NCBI GenBank assembly: GCA_046581505.1
Contig: JAYGGE010000099.1
Span: forward strand, 11,663 to 75,662
DNA: 64,000 bases
Source of the DNA: Verrucomicrobiales bacterium
GTDB lineage: Bacteria > Verrucomicrobiota > Verrucomicrobiia > Verrucomicrobiales > DEV007
Direction: 5' to 3'
Shown: positions 17,753-27,877 of the stretch, piece by piece
Layout: each line of letters opens with the position of its first letter
Numbering within the stretch: position 1 is the first letter of the stretch
The notes under the pieces: generated by a model
The model's input: only the letters and a program-made list of their open reading frames with translations
Told to the model about the DNA's origin: nothing
Database searches by the model: none
Program-made: the position numbers and the translations under genes

Positions 17753-18673
17753 ATGCCAATTGATAAAAAGACAATCGCAGTGTTGATGGGTGGCCCCGGC
17801 AGTGAGCGTGAGGTTTCGCTGGTTTCCGGGAAAAATGTCTCGAGGGCACTTTCCGAGTGCGGGGCCCGGGTGACTGAAGTGGATGTAAAAGATGAGGATT
17901 TCGACCTGCCTGATGATGTTGACCTTGCCTTTAATGTGATTCACGGCACGTTCGGGGAAGACGGATCGCTGCAGAAAGTGCTCAATGCCCGCAGGATTCC
18001 TTATACCGGTGCGGGGGCGAGCAGCAGCGAGGTGGCTTTTGACAAGGGCTTGAGCAAGAAGCGGTTTGTTGAATCGGGAGTGCCGACCCCGGTTTTTGAA
18101 TTCATTGCGCCCAAGCCGGGTGAATTGCCTTCACTGCCTTTGCCTTATGTGGTCAAGCCTACGCGTGAAGGTTCCAGCGTTGGTGTTCATATTGTTCGGG
18201 AGCAAGGGCAAGTGCACCAGGCTCTCGAGGATGTGTCGAAGTATGACCTGTTCGCTCTGGTCGAGGAGTTTATTTCAGGCAAGGAGCTTACTGTCGGGGT
18301 AATCAACGGTGAGGCATTACCCGTGGTTCATATTCAGCCGCGCACGGGTTTTTATGACATGCAGAACAAATATCCGTGGCTGGGGGGTGGAGATGGCTGT
18401 GACTACTTTTGTCCTGCGGATCTTGATGATGACACAACCCGGAGAGTGCAGGAGGCTGCACTTGATGCGCACAAATCCCTGGCAGTGGAGATTTATTCCA
18501 GGGTTGATGTAATCTTGTCAGAGGAGGGTGTTCCTTATGTGCTTGAAGTCAATACCATTCCCGGGATGACCGAGACCAGTCTGCTGCCGAAGGCTGCAAT
18601 GTCAGCCGGTTATGATTTTCCATGCCTTTGTGAGCGGATTGCCGAGTTGTCGATGGCTTTCAGGAAGCGATAG
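17753..18673 (+). CDS. ddl: D-alanine--D-alanine ligase
   Basis: VLMGGPGSEREVSLVSG, HGTFGEDGSLQ, the ATP-grasp motifs KPTREGSSVGV and LEVNTIPGMT. Confidence 0.9.
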   Translation: MPIDKKTIAVLMGGPGSEREVSLVSGKNVSRALSECGARVTEVDVKDEDFDLPDDVDLAFNVIHGTFGEDGSLQKVLNARRIPYTGAGASSSEVAFDKGLSKKRFVESGVPTPVFEFIAPKPGELPSLPLPYVVKPTREGSSVGVHIVREQGQVHQALEDVSKYDLFALVEEFISGKELTVGVINGEALPVVHIQPRTGFYDMQNKYPWLGGGDGCDYFCPADLDDDTTRRVQEAALDAHKSLAVEIYSRVDVILSEEGVPYVLEVNTIPGMTETSLLPKAAMSAGYDFPCLCERIAELSMAFRKR

Positions 18674-18692
18674 AACCTGTGGAGAATCGCAT

Positions 18693-19739
18693 ATGAACAA
18701 GAATAGACAGAATAAAGTCCGCCCCCGGGGTGCCGCCGTGGCGAGCAGGAAGAATTCGCGGTGCTGCCATCATCTTGATGTCCAGGTATCATCGAGGAAG
18801 ACTTTGCAGTTACGCTGGAGGATGAAGGTTTATAGGATTTTCAAGTGGGCTGCTGCTGCGGTGTTTATCTTTGCCATCGCGGGTGGTGTCTACCGGGGAA
18901 TTGACTATTTCCTGTTTGAGAGCCCGAGGTTCCAAATTAATGAGATTTCATATCAGACGGACGGGAATCTTGGCAAGGAACGCGTGCTGGATTGCCTGGA
19001 GCTGCGAACCGGTGAAAATATTCTGCGGCGTGACCTTGAAGAAATGCGCGGGAAAATCCTGGCGGAATTACCCCGTGTGCGGGAAGTGAATATTGTCCGG
19101 GATATCCCGGATCGACTTTCCTTTGATATTAAAGAGAGGTTTGCGGTTGCCTGGTTGGGAAATACGGCGCGTCTTCAAGTGCCGCAGAGATGCCGGGGAG
19201 GTTTGCTTGTGGGAAGTGATGGAGTTGTCATTTGCTGTGACATCCTTGAGCCGGGATTCATTGCGTTACCGGTGATTTTTCCCGGGACACAGGTCGCGAT
19301 AACGCCCGGCAGTGAGATCGAATCCACAGCATTGCTCAAGGGGCTGGAAATTGTTCTGGTGTTTGCGGATGCTTTTAAAACTTCGCCTGTCAAGTTGCAG
19401 TCCCTGAGGGTGGCAAGTGCCTATTCACTGGTAGGTTACCTGAATACAGGAACCGAGATTATTTTCGGCTTGGATGATATAAGCCGACAGATAAGTAACC
19501 TGAAGGTCCTGCTTGATGAAGCCACGCGCCGGGGACAGGCCCTGGCAACTGTCAATCTTTTGCCGAAGAAAAATATTCCTGTGCGTTTTACAGCGATTGA
19601 AGATCCGGTGGCCGGCGCCTCAACGATGTCTGTTGCCCCTGAAACTGCGGTATCTGGGCGACCGGCTGTCTCCAGACGTGTCCATCGGCGGGTGCCCCGG
19701 GGAGCAGCGATGCACGGAGCATTTAATTCTGGGGGTTGA
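18693..19739 (+). CDS. ftsQ: Cell division protein FtsQ (POTRA domain)
   Basis: Sits in the position between ddl and ftsA. Basic N-terminus, one TM helix (AAAAVFIFAIAGGVY), and a POTRA-like VREVNIVRDIPDRLSFDIKERFAVAWL. ATG 18693 is preferred over 18612, which overlaps ddl. Confidence 0.65.
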   Translation: MNKNRQNKVRPRGAAVASRKNSRCCHHLDVQVSSRKTLQLRWRMKVYRIFKWAAAAVFIFAIAGGVYRGIDYFLFESPRFQINEISYQTDGNLGKERVLDCLELRTGENILRRDLEEMRGKILAELPRVREVNIVRDIPDRLSFDIKERFAVAWLGNTARLQVPQRCRGGLLVGSDGVVICCDILEPGFIALPVIFPGTQVAITPGSEIESTALLKGLEIVLVFADAFKTSPVKLQSLRVASAYSLVGYLNTGTEIIFGLDDISRQISNLKVLLDEATRRGQALATVNLLPKKNIPVRFTAIEDPVAGASTMSVAPETAVSGRPAVSRRVHRRVPRGAAMHGAFNSGG

Positions 19740-19777
19740 CTAATGAGCTTTAATCAACGTAATCGCAGGTAGTTCAG

Positions 19778-21064
19778 ATGGCTAAATCCACTATCTATGT
19801 CGGCCTTGAGATAGGGACTTCCAAGATATGCGTTGTCGTTGGTGAAGTCCGTGCCGATGGGGCGATTAAGATTCTCGGTGTCGGGCAGGCTCCCTCACGG
19901 GGGGTTCGCAAGGGGGAAATCGTTGATTTTGAGAATGCCCAAGCCTGCCTGCACGATGCCCTGGTGCGCGCGGAAGACCGCAGTGATGTCATGATTAATA
20001 ACGTTATCCTGGCAATCACAGGAGCGCACATCAAGGGCTTTAACAACCGGGGAACGATTCGCATCCCGGAGGAACAGGACGAAATAACCAGTGAGGACCT
20101 GGAGGAAGTTAAAGAGATTGCAAGGGATGTCGAAATTCCTCAGGAGAATGTTTTCCTGCATAGCATTCTTCGTGATTACTATGTTGACGGGCAGGAGAAG
20201 GTGCTGCAGCCCGCCGGCATGCTTGGCAAGATACTTGAGGCCGATTACCACATTATCCACAGTATAAAGACACGAGTACAGAACACAATCCGCTGCGTGC
20301 GGGAGATTCCGCTTGATGTTGAGGACGTGGTGTTCAGCCCGGTTGCCTCGGCACAGGTTGTCCTCACGCAGGAACACAAGGATCGCGGGGCTTTGCTTCT
20401 CGATATTGGCGGAGGAACCACCGACTACGTCATGTATAGCGGCGGGTCAATTTCCCGGTCCGGGTGCATTGGCGTGGGGGGGGACCATATAACCAATGAC
20501 ATCTCAGTTGTCATGAAGATTCCCCTCACGAAGGCGGAGCGGCTCAAGGTCAAGTATGGCGCGGCCATTGTTCCCGATATACCCGATCCCGAGCCGATAG
20601 TAATAGATGATGACCCGCAACTTGCAGGCCGTGAAATAGATTCAACCTTGCTCAGCGAGATCATCAATGCACGCATGACCGAGACACTGGAGCGGCTGCG
20701 TGATCAATTGCAGCAGGATGGGGAACTGGCAGCCCTTGGTGCCGGTGTTTTCCTTACCGGCGGCTGCAGTAAACTTGACGGGCTGGATAAACTGACTGAG
20801 CAGATTTTCAACTTACCGGTATCGCGGGGAAATATCGGCAGCATGAGTGGAGCTTCAGCGGCTTTTGAGAATCCTCAATACTCGACACCGATGGGATTGA
20901 TACGCTATGCCCAGATTCTTGATGCCAATCGCCCGAAACTCTCCCCGATTCAGCAAATTGGGAAAAAGCTTGGCGGAATTTTCAGTGGCTCTAAACTGTT
21001 GACCTGGGGTGGAGTCCTGCTTGCGGGTTTTCTTCTTGTTGGATTACTTATGGGAACATTTTGA
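19778..21064 (+). CDS. ftsA: Cell division protein FtsA
   Basis: Actin-fold motifs VGLEIGTSKICVVVGE, LDIGGGTTD and GVFLTGGCSKLDGL. The C-terminus is an unusually hydrophobic 22-aa stretch. Confidence 0.9.
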   Translation: MAKSTIYVGLEIGTSKICVVVGEVRADGAIKILGVGQAPSRGVRKGEIVDFENAQACLHDALVRAEDRSDVMINNVILAITGAHIKGFNNRGTIRIPEEQDEITSEDLEEVKEIARDVEIPQENVFLHSILRDYYVDGQEKVLQPAGMLGKILEADYHIIHSIKTRVQNTIRCVREIPLDVEDVVFSPVASAQVVLTQEHKDRGALLLDIGGGTTDYVMYSGGSISRSGCIGVGGDHITNDISVVMKIPLTKAERLKVKYGAAIVPDIPDPEPIVIDDDPQLAGREIDSTLLSEIINARMTETLERLRDQLQQDGELAALGAGVFLTGGCSKLDGLDKLTEQIFNLPVSRGNIGSMSGASAAFENPQYSTPMGLIRYAQILDANRPKLSPIQQIGKKLGGIFSGSKLLTWGGVLLAGFLLVGLLMGTF

Positions 21065-21094
21065 ATCTTGAACTTAAACAATACGAACTGACTG

Positions 21095-22462
21095 ATGCTT
21101 GAATACGAACGTAACCCTGCGGATGGGAAATCCGTGTTGGCTCCTGGGCAGGTAAAGGTGATTGGAATTGGAGGCGCAGGTTCCAATGTCCTTGATCGCA
21201 TTGCCCTTGAGGGCATGGAAGAAGCGGAACTGCTGACGCTGAACACTGATGTCCGTGCATTGAACACTTCAGTGGCAAACGACAAGATTCAGATGGGAAA
21301 GAACCTTACCCAGGGCCTTGGAGCCGGTGGCGACCCGGAACGTGGTGCCCAGGCGGCAGAGGAGGCAATGGATGAAATACGTGCTGCTGTTGAGGGGAAA
21401 TCCCTGGTTTTCATATGCGTTGGTCTTGGCGGGGGAACGGGATCCGGTGCCGCTCCGGTAGTGGCCAAGCTGGCAAGACAGACAGGTGCCTTTGTGGTGG
21501 CTTTTGTCACCGTGCCATTTTCTTTTGAGGGGCGTCGCAGAATTTCCCAGGCACAGGATGCACTGGCACAACTGGAGTCCTGTACCAATGGCCTGGTGAC
21601 CTTTGACAATGACCGGATGGGAGACCTTGTTCTGCCAACTGACGGTATTCAGCAGGCTTTCAGTGCGGCTGATCAAATTATCAGCCAGAGTGTGCGTGCG
21701 ATCACCAAACTGGTTTCCCAGCCAGGGCTTGTGCGTATTGGCATGGATGATCTGCTCAGTGCGTTGAAGAACGACAGTTCACGATGCCTCTTTGGCTTTG
21801 GCCAGGCGCAGGGGGAGAACCGTGCGCAAGAGGCGCTCAAGGGCGCGCTCAAGAGCCCATTGCTTGACCAGGGCAGGATGCTTGATTACTCCAGCAGCCT
21901 GATTGCCCATGTTTGCGGGGGAGAAAACATGACCCTGTTTGAGGTGGAACTGCTAATGGATGAACTTTCCAAACACGTCAATGATGATGCCCACATACTT
22001 TTCGGAGCGGCTGCTGACAGCAGGCAGGGAGAGAACCTCAGCGTGACGATCATCAGCTCTGTTGGAGCAGAGGTGCCGATAAGCGCGCAACCCGGCGATC
22101 AACCGGAAGTCGTTGCAAAGGTCCAGTCGACGACTGAGAATACGTTGTCGGATCCGGAGCTTGAAGTTGCGGAGCAGAGTGACGGAGAAATCGCAAAAAC
22201 CGCTCCTGATGAAGACCTTGAGTTGGATTCTGAAAAGGAACCTGAGCCTGAGCCGCTTATTCCTGATGAATCGGAAGACGTTGTGGAAGTTGAAGAAGAT
22301 CCGGATGTGCAGCAGGAGGAGGATCCAGAACCGGATGTCCAGGAGGAACTTCTGCCTGAGAAGCAATCCGGGGGGCGCGGCCGCTTTGACAAGGTTGAAC
22401 CGACGGTAGTCGATGGCGAGGATCTTGATGTTCCCAGCTTTTTGCGCAAGAAGAAGAAATAA
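21095..22462 (+). CDS. ftsZ: Cell division GTPase FtsZ
   Basis: IGIGGAGSNV, the tubulin signature GGGTGSGAAPVVA, and NTDVRAL. A long acidic linker (E/D/P-rich) precedes the conserved C-terminal peptide DLDVPSFLRKKKK. Confidence 0.95.
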   Translation: MLEYERNPADGKSVLAPGQVKVIGIGGAGSNVLDRIALEGMEEAELLTLNTDVRALNTSVANDKIQMGKNLTQGLGAGGDPERGAQAAEEAMDEIRAAVEGKSLVFICVGLGGGTGSGAAPVVAKLARQTGAFVVAFVTVPFSFEGRRRISQAQDALAQLESCTNGLVTFDNDRMGDLVLPTDGIQQAFSAADQIISQSVRAITKLVSQPGLVRIGMDDLLSALKNDSSRCLFGFGQAQGENRAQEALKGALKSPLLDQGRMLDYSSSLIAHVCGGENMTLFEVELLMDELSKHVNDDAHILFGAAADSRQGENLSVTIISSVGAEVPISAQPGDQPEVVAKVQSTTENTLSDPELEVAEQSDGEIAKTAPDEDLELDSEKEPEPEPLIPDESEDVVEVEEDPDVQQEEDPEPDVQEELLPEKQSGGRGRFDKVEPTVVDGEDLDVPSFLRKKKK

Positions 22463-22605
22463 ACACGTGACTGCCGCTTAGCCTGAACAAGCTGCCGCAA
22501 TTAAGGATTGCCTTCAGCGACGGGAAATTAAACCCATTCATGTTCCTTCATTCGAATGCGCTTTTTACTCATTTCTAGCCATTAATCAAACAACCCGTCC
22601 AGACA

Positions 22606-23907
22606 ATGTCCGACTCCGCTCCGATTCCCGCCCTGAAAGCGCGCCTGTGCGTGATGATGTTCCTGCAGTTCTTTATCTGGGGAGTCTGGTATGTGCCGAT
22701 GTGGCCCTATTTGTCTGAGCTGGGGATCGCGCCGGAAAAGATAGGGTTTGCTTATAGTGCTACCGGCATTGCCGCGATGCTCTCCCCGATTTTTATCGGC
22801 ATGGTTGCGGACAAGTTTTTCCCATCCCAGATTGTTCTTGGTGTCCTGCACGTTCTGGGTGGTGTGTTTTTATTCCTTGCCGCAAATGCTACCGAATGGG
22901 GATCATTCTTTCCATTGATCCTCGCACATCTCCTTTGTTATATGCCCACGCTGGCACTGGTGAACTCGGTGCTTTTCCAGTCTGTAGCAGATCCCCAGAA
23001 GGACGCTCCTCCCATCCGAACGCTTGGCACTATTGGCTGGATCGTGTCGGGGATTGTGGTTGGCAGTAGTTTTTTGGTTGGCGATGAGAAGACAATAGTA
23101 TTTCAGGTTCCTCAGTTTCTGGGAGGACCCGAGGCGCCGTGGGATGCCATAGGAATGGGACTTACCAACACTCCCCTTTTGATTGGAGCTGCTGTCTCAG
23201 TTCTTCTGGGAGTGTTCTGTTTCTTCCTGCCGAATACTCCACCTAAACTCAAGGGGCAGAAGACTACAATTGGAGACGTGATTGGGCTGAAGGCTATCAG
23301 CCTGATGCGTGATCGTGCATTCGCAGTATTCATTGTTTGCTCGCTTCTGATTTGTATCCCGCTCTCTTTCTATTACCAGACGGCCAATGGATATCTCAAG
23401 GCTATGGGTGTGAATAATTCTGAGGGGGTAATGACTCTTGGCCAGGTTTCTGAGATATTCTTTCTCCTGCTGGTTCCCTTTTTCTTCAGGAAAATTGGCG
23501 TCAAGAACATGCTGATGATTGGCATGCTATTCTGGGTTTTACGCTATATTTTCTTTGCCAACGGAAGTTCTGATGCTCCTGCCCTGCTTTTCCTTGGGGT
23601 TCTGGCTCATGGGATATGCTATGATTTCTTCTTTTTCACAGGGCAACTCTATGTCGACAAGCGTGCTCCTGAGGATATTCGATCCAGTGCCCAGGGCTTT
23701 ATTGCATTCGTGACCCTCGGGGTTGGCATGTTTATTGGCGGCATTGTCAATGGCTGGTGGAATGGCAAGCAGACGACGACTGCGGAAGGAGCGGATGCTG
23801 TAGTCGATTGGTCGGCGGTCTGGTATTTTCCTGCGATAATGGCGGCAGTCGTTCTGGTGGCATTTACTTTTCTTTTCAAGGAGTCCACTTCAGAGAAGAC
23901 AGCCTAG
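22606..23907 (+). CDS. MFS nucleoside:H+ symporter family transporter (NupG/XapB-like)
   Basis: 12-TM profile. The N-terminal region MFLQFFIWGVWYVPMWPYL...GIAAMLSPIFIGMVADKF...YMPTLALVNS aligns by eye to E. coli NupG (FLQFCLWGSW...GIAAVFMPALLGIVADKW...YMPTLGLINT). Confidence 0.7.
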   Translation: MSDSAPIPALKARLCVMMFLQFFIWGVWYVPMWPYLSELGIAPEKIGFAYSATGIAAMLSPIFIGMVADKFFPSQIVLGVLHVLGGVFLFLAANATEWGSFFPLILAHLLCYMPTLALVNSVLFQSVADPQKDAPPIRTLGTIGWIVSGIVVGSSFLVGDEKTIVFQVPQFLGGPEAPWDAIGMGLTNTPLLIGAAVSVLLGVFCFFLPNTPPKLKGQKTTIGDVIGLKAISLMRDRAFAVFIVCSLLICIPLSFYYQTANGYLKAMGVNNSEGVMTLGQVSEIFFLLLVPFFFRKIGVKNMLMIGMLFWVLRYIFFANGSSDAPALLFLGVLAHGICYDFFFFTGQLYVDKRAPEDIRSSAQGFIAFVTLGVGMFIGGIVNGWWNGKQTTTAEGADAVVDWSAVWYFPAIMAAVVLVAFTFLFKESTSEKTA

Positions 23908-23933
23908 CTTATTTTTTGCAGCTTTAAAATTTC

Positions 23934-25004
23934 ATGCCCGATCCCATTAAGATCCTCGTCGTCGGTTGCGGTAACATGGGCAAGTCCCATGCCAAGGCTT
24001 ATCATGCCATGGATGGGTTTGAGATTGTCGGCGTGGTGTCGCGCGGCGAGAAGTCCCGCGGCGAGTTGCTTGAGGCAATCGGGGCTGATTACCCGCAGTT
24101 CTCCAGTTATGAGGAGGCGCTTGCCGGGAGCAGGCCGGAGGCGGTTTCAATCAATACCTATCCCGACACCCATGCCGACTACACCAAGAAGGCCTTTGCT
24201 GCCGGTTGCCATGTTTTCCTGGAAAAACCAATTGCTGAAAGTGTTCAGGAGGCACAGGAGATTGTCGATGCTGCCAGGGTCGCGAACCTCAAACTTGTCA
24301 TCGGCTATATCCTGCGGGTGCATCCCTCCTGGGTGAAGTTCATTGAGGTGGCGCAAACCCTCGGCAAGCCGCTGGTGATGCGCATGAACCTCAACCAGCA
24401 GTCCTCGGGCGAGACCTGGGAAACCCACAAGTGCCTGATGAACTCAATGTCGCCAATCGTCGACTGCGGCGTGCATTATGTCGACGTGATGTGCCAGATG
24501 ACCCGCGCCAGGCCGATCAGGGTCAGTGCCATCGGGGCGCGCTTAAGCGAGGAGCTCAACGAGGGCATGTATAACTACGGCCAGCTTCAGGTCAGCTTCG
24601 ATGACGGCTCGGTCGGCTGGTATGAGGCCGGCTGGGGGCCGATGATGAGTGAAGTGGCGTTCTTCGTGAAGGATGTTGTCGGGCCGAAGGGCTGTGTCAG
24701 CATTGCCGGCATGGCGGACGGGGAACAGACTGATGACGTTGACTCCCACTCAAAGGCTGAAGCATTGAAAGTGCATCACTCGCAGCTTGATGCCGATGGA
24801 AAGTTTACCAAGGCTGATGAGGTCATTGATTGTGCCGATGAGCCTGATCATGACGGGTTGTGTCATCGCGAGCAGGAGGTGTTCCTTGATGCAATCGTTA
24901 ATGACGTGGACCTGAGTGAGCACATGGCGGATGCGGTCAACAGCCTGAGGATTGTCCTCGCCGCTGATGAGGCTTTCAGGAGCGGGAAAACCGTCGAGCT
25001 CTAG
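23934..25004 (+). CDS. Gfo/Idh/MocA family oxidoreductase
   Basis: N-terminal Rossmann segment KILVVGCGNMGKSHAKAY, and EKPIAESVQEAQEIV, which is typical of the family. Confidence 0.75.
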   Translation: MPDPIKILVVGCGNMGKSHAKAYHAMDGFEIVGVVSRGEKSRGELLEAIGADYPQFSSYEEALAGSRPEAVSINTYPDTHADYTKKAFAAGCHVFLEKPIAESVQEAQEIVDAARVANLKLVIGYILRVHPSWVKFIEVAQTLGKPLVMRMNLNQQSSGETWETHKCLMNSMSPIVDCGVHYVDVMCQMTRARPIRVSAIGARLSEELNEGMYNYGQLQVSFDDGSVGWYEAGWGPMMSEVAFFVKDVVGPKGCVSIAGMADGEQTDDVDSHSKAEALKVHHSQLDADGKFTKADEVIDCADEPDHDGLCHREQEVFLDAIVNDVDLSEHMADAVNSLRIVLAADEAFRSGKTVEL

Positions 25005-25024
25005 GGGTGACGGAGAGTTAAGTA

Positions 25025-26062
25025 ATGAAAGCCCTCGTAAAGGCAAAGGCTGAACCCGGGCTGTGGATGCAGGATGTCCCCGAGCCGGAGGTGCGTATCA
25101 ATGATGTCCTGATCAGGGTCGACCGGGCCGGCATATGCGGCACTGACCTGCATATTTACCAGTGGGATAACTGGGCACAGAAGACGGTGCCGGTGCCGCT
25201 GGTCGTGGGGCATGAGTTCGTCGGCGAGATTGTTGATGTTGGTTCCAGCGTTAAGGATTTCAAGGAAGGTGACATCGTCAGCGGGGAAGGGCACCTGGTG
25301 TGCGGGCACTGCCGCAATTGCATGGCGGGCCGTCGTCACCTGTGTGCCGAGACACGTGGGGTCGGGATCAACCGGACAGGTGCGTTTGCCGAGTTCATCG
25401 TACTGCCGCAAACCAATGTCTGGTATCATGACCAGTCACTGGATCGTGATATCATGGCGATCTTTGACCCCTTCGGCAATGCAGCACACACCGCCCTCTC
25501 TTTTGAGACGCTGGGTGAGGATGTGCTGATCACCGGTGCCGGTCCGATCGGCATCATGGCTGCGGCAATATGCAGGCATGCAGGAGCCCGCAACGTGGTG
25601 ATTACCGACCGCAATGATTTCCGCCTTGGGCTTGCGGCGGGAATGGGTGCTACCCGGACGGTGAATGTTGCAGAGGAGAAACTTGAAGCAGTACAGCAGG
25701 AACTTGGCATGCAGGAGGGGTTTGATGTTGGGCTTGAAATGTCGGGCAACGCGATAGCCTTCAGGGACCTGCTTGACAACATGTGCCATGGCGGGAAAAT
25801 CGCCCTGCTGGGAATCCCGGGAAAGGATATCGCCATTGACTGGAATACCGTCATTTTCAATGGACTGACAATTAAGGGGATCTATGGCAGGGAAATGTAT
25901 GAGACCTGGTATCAAATGACCTCGATGCTGCAGAGTGGACTGGATATTTCACCGGTTATCACGCATCGCTTTGCCTTTGAGGATTTTCAGCAGGGTTTTG
26001 ATGCAATGCAGGGCGGTGAATCGGGGAAAGTGATCCTGAAGTGGCAAGAGGGCGGGCAGTGA
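25025..26062 (+). CDS. tdh: L-threonine 3-dehydrogenase
   Basis: [57 protein letters not shown] is near-collinear by eye with E. coli Tdh. It has the Zn-ADH motifs and a GAGPIG Rossmann segment. Confidence 0.9.
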   Translation: MKALVKAKAEPGLWMQDVPEPEVRINDVLIRVDRAGICGTDLHIYQWDNWAQKTVPVPLVVGHEFVGEIVDVGSSVKDFKEGDIVSGEGHLVCGHCRNCMAGRRHLCAETRGVGINRTGAFAEFIVLPQTNVWYHDQSLDRDIMAIFDPFGNAAHTALSFETLGEDVLITGAGPIGIMAAAICRHAGARNVVITDRNDFRLGLAAGMGATRTVNVAEEKLEAVQQELGMQEGFDVGLEMSGNAIAFRDLLDNMCHGGKIALLGIPGKDIAIDWNTVIFNGLTIKGIYGREMYETWYQMTSMLQSGLDISPVITHRFAFEDFQQGFDAMQGGESGKVILKWQEGGQ

Positions 26063-26109
26063 TTTGATGACAGCAGGGCAGTCGCTGCCGACAGCAGCCC
26101 TGTCTCTCC

Positions 26110-26673
26110 TCAGTCGAAGTTCTTCGGGTCCCGCGGGTAGTCGGCCTTGACCGGGTGCAAGTCCTCGCGGCCTTCCCCGTAGACGCCCACCCACTCGGAG
26201 AGTCTCCTGCCCAGTCGCCGGCAGGCTTCCTGTTCCTTCTCCTCACGTGGTTCTCCCGCGATTACAGCGCCATAGTGCGGGGTAAGGCCCTTGCCCACAT
26301 AATCAGTAACACCGAAGTAGAGGAACCCAAAGTTAATCAGGACAGTGGCCATCGCGTTGCAGGCGGTCTCGTTGCCGCCTCCCCAGCCGGCTGAAGAGGA
26401 GAAGGTGCAGGCGAACTTGCCGTCGACCTCCAGCCACTTGCTGATGGCCACGGTATCCCACCATTTCTTCACTTTCCAGGCCATTGATCCCATGTTGGTC
26501 GGGGAACCGAGGGCAATTCCATCGCACCAGAGGAGATCATCGGCAGTGGCATTATCGACTGTAAGCTTCCTGATTTCCATGCCGCTGACTGTTGCGGCTC
26601 CCTCGGCGACAAGGTTGGCCATCTTGGCGGTGTTACCGGTATTGCTGTGGTAGAGAACAAGGATATTTCCCAT
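26110..26673 (-). CDS. Flavodoxin-like fold NAD(P)H-dependent FMN oxidoreductase
   Basis: ILVLYHSNTGNTAKMANLVAEGA (flavodoxin FMN phosphate loop), GSPTNMGSMAW. 187 aa. Confidence 0.7.
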   Translation of the reverse strand: MGNILVLYHSNTGNTAKMANLVAEGAATVSGMEIRKLTVDNATADDLLWCDGIALGSPTNMGSMAWKVKKWWDTVAISKWLEVDGKFACTFSSSAGWGGGNETACNAMATVLINFGFLYFGVTDYVGKGLTPHYGAVIAGEPREEKEQEACRRLGRRLSEWVGVYGEGREDLHPVKADYPRDPKNFD

Positions 26674-26854
26674 GCCTGTGGAGGTCCTTTCTTTTTTATT
26701 TGAGGTTGTTAAGGCTTATCAAGCTGCAGGTACCGGGTTGTCCGGCAAGAAAGGGAAAAGGTGCCGTTGCCATCACTGGCATAGCGCAAAGAACATCAAT
26801 GGTGAAGACAATTCCCGGTTGCCGTGTGCTTTAGCCGGGGCGATAGCTTGTGCA

Positions 26855-27877
26855 GTGTCAGCGGGTTCGGATGATATCTTTACCGCCCTGAAGGGTGCGG
26901 CGATGGGAGCCGCAAATGTCATTCCCGGAGTTTCCGGGGGCACAATCGCGTTCATTACCGGGATATATGAGCGCCTGATCAACGCGATCAAGTCCTGTAA
27001 CATGACGGCCATTGGGTTGTTGCTTGGATTAAAGTTCAGGAAGTTTGCCGGATACACCGACCTGCGGTTTCTTTTTGCCATTGCGACGGGCGCCCTGCTG
27101 AGCATTGTCAGCCTGGCGAGGCTCCTTGAGTATCTCTTTGGCAATTACCCGATCCTCCTTTGGGCATTTTTCTTCGGCTTGATTGTTGCTTCAGTCTGGG
27201 GGGTTGGAAAAATGATCAGGGCCTGGAGCGTCGCCCCGGTGGGGGCAGTGCTTATCGGCATGGCAGCTGCAATTGGCGTGTTGCTCTTGCCTCATGCCGC
27301 AGGGAACACAAATTCCGTGTACCTGGTCATTTGCGGGATTGCGGCCATTTCCAGCATGATCATCCCGGGGGTTTCCGGGTCGTTTATCCTTCTCATCATG
27401 GGAAACTACATGCTGGTTCTTGGTGCCGTTGGCGATCTTGATCCCGGTATTCTCATGCCATTTGCGGCGGGATGCGTCATTGGCCTGATTGCCTTGTCAC
27501 ATCTGCTTTCATGGGTTTTTCGACGTTATCACGATATTGCCGTGGGTTTGATCACCGGCTTCATTATCGGTTCGCTGGTGTTGATATGGCCGTGGAAAGA
27601 AACCATTTATAAGCAGGACAGCAATGGTGCCTACATTGTGAGCAGCGAGGAGCTTGTGTTGCTCCCCCGTCCCGGGGAACTGCAATCGGTGAAGGACTCA
27701 CTAATCAATGGTGAACAACTCGTGAGTGCCGGTTACAAGAACTGGAGCCTTCCCGCCCTCGGCGAAAAGGAATCATGGCTTGCGATGTTGCTGGCGTTTA
27801 TCGGAGCCGGGGTGGTTTTCGGCATCGAGAGGATCGGTGTAAAACGGAGCAAGGATAATGATGAGGATACTGCCTAG
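26855..27877 (+). CDS. DUF368 family inner membrane protein
   Basis: Duplicated IPGVSGG motifs (ANVIPGVSGGTIAFITGIYERL and MIIPGVSGSFILLIMG) in a polytopic protein. The start is uncertain: GTG 26855 or TTG 26819. The track start 26672 abuts the divergent flavodoxin-like gene and is unlikely. Confidence 0.7.
   Translation: MSAGSDDIFTALKGAAMGAANVIPGVSGGTIAFITGIYERLINAIKSCNMTAIGLLLGLKFRKFAGYTDLRFLFAIATGALLSIVSLARLLEYLFGNYPILLWAFFFGLIVASVWGVGKMIRAWSVAPVGAVLIGMAAAIGVLLLPHAAGNTNSVYLVICGIAAISSMIIPGVSGSFILLIMGNYMLVLGAVGDLDPGILMPFAAGCVIGLIALSHLLSWVFRRYHDIAVGLITGFIIGSLVLIWPWKETIYKQDSNGAYIVSSEELVLLPRPGELQSVKDSLINGEQLVSAGYKNWSLPALGEKESWLAMLLAFIGAGVVFGIERIGVKRSKDNDEDTA

Noticed and set aside
22099-22500. 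133-aa Ser-rich minus ORF and other ORFs across 21953-22541
   Set aside because: These are mirror images of the GAA/GAT/CCG-rich acidic linker of ftsZ, so they are compositional artefacts.
22551-22557. TTCGAAT (tRNA T-loop-like) in the ftsZ-transporter spacer
   Set aside because: The flanking bases cannot form a T-arm stem and no cloverleaf can be drawn, so this is not a tRNA.
26672-26854. Upstream extension of the DUF368 ORF
   Set aside because: It begins back-to-back with the divergent flavodoxin-like gene start and translates to an Arg/Cys/His-rich peptide. The DUF368 similarity starts near ...FTALKGAAMGAANVIPGVSGG.
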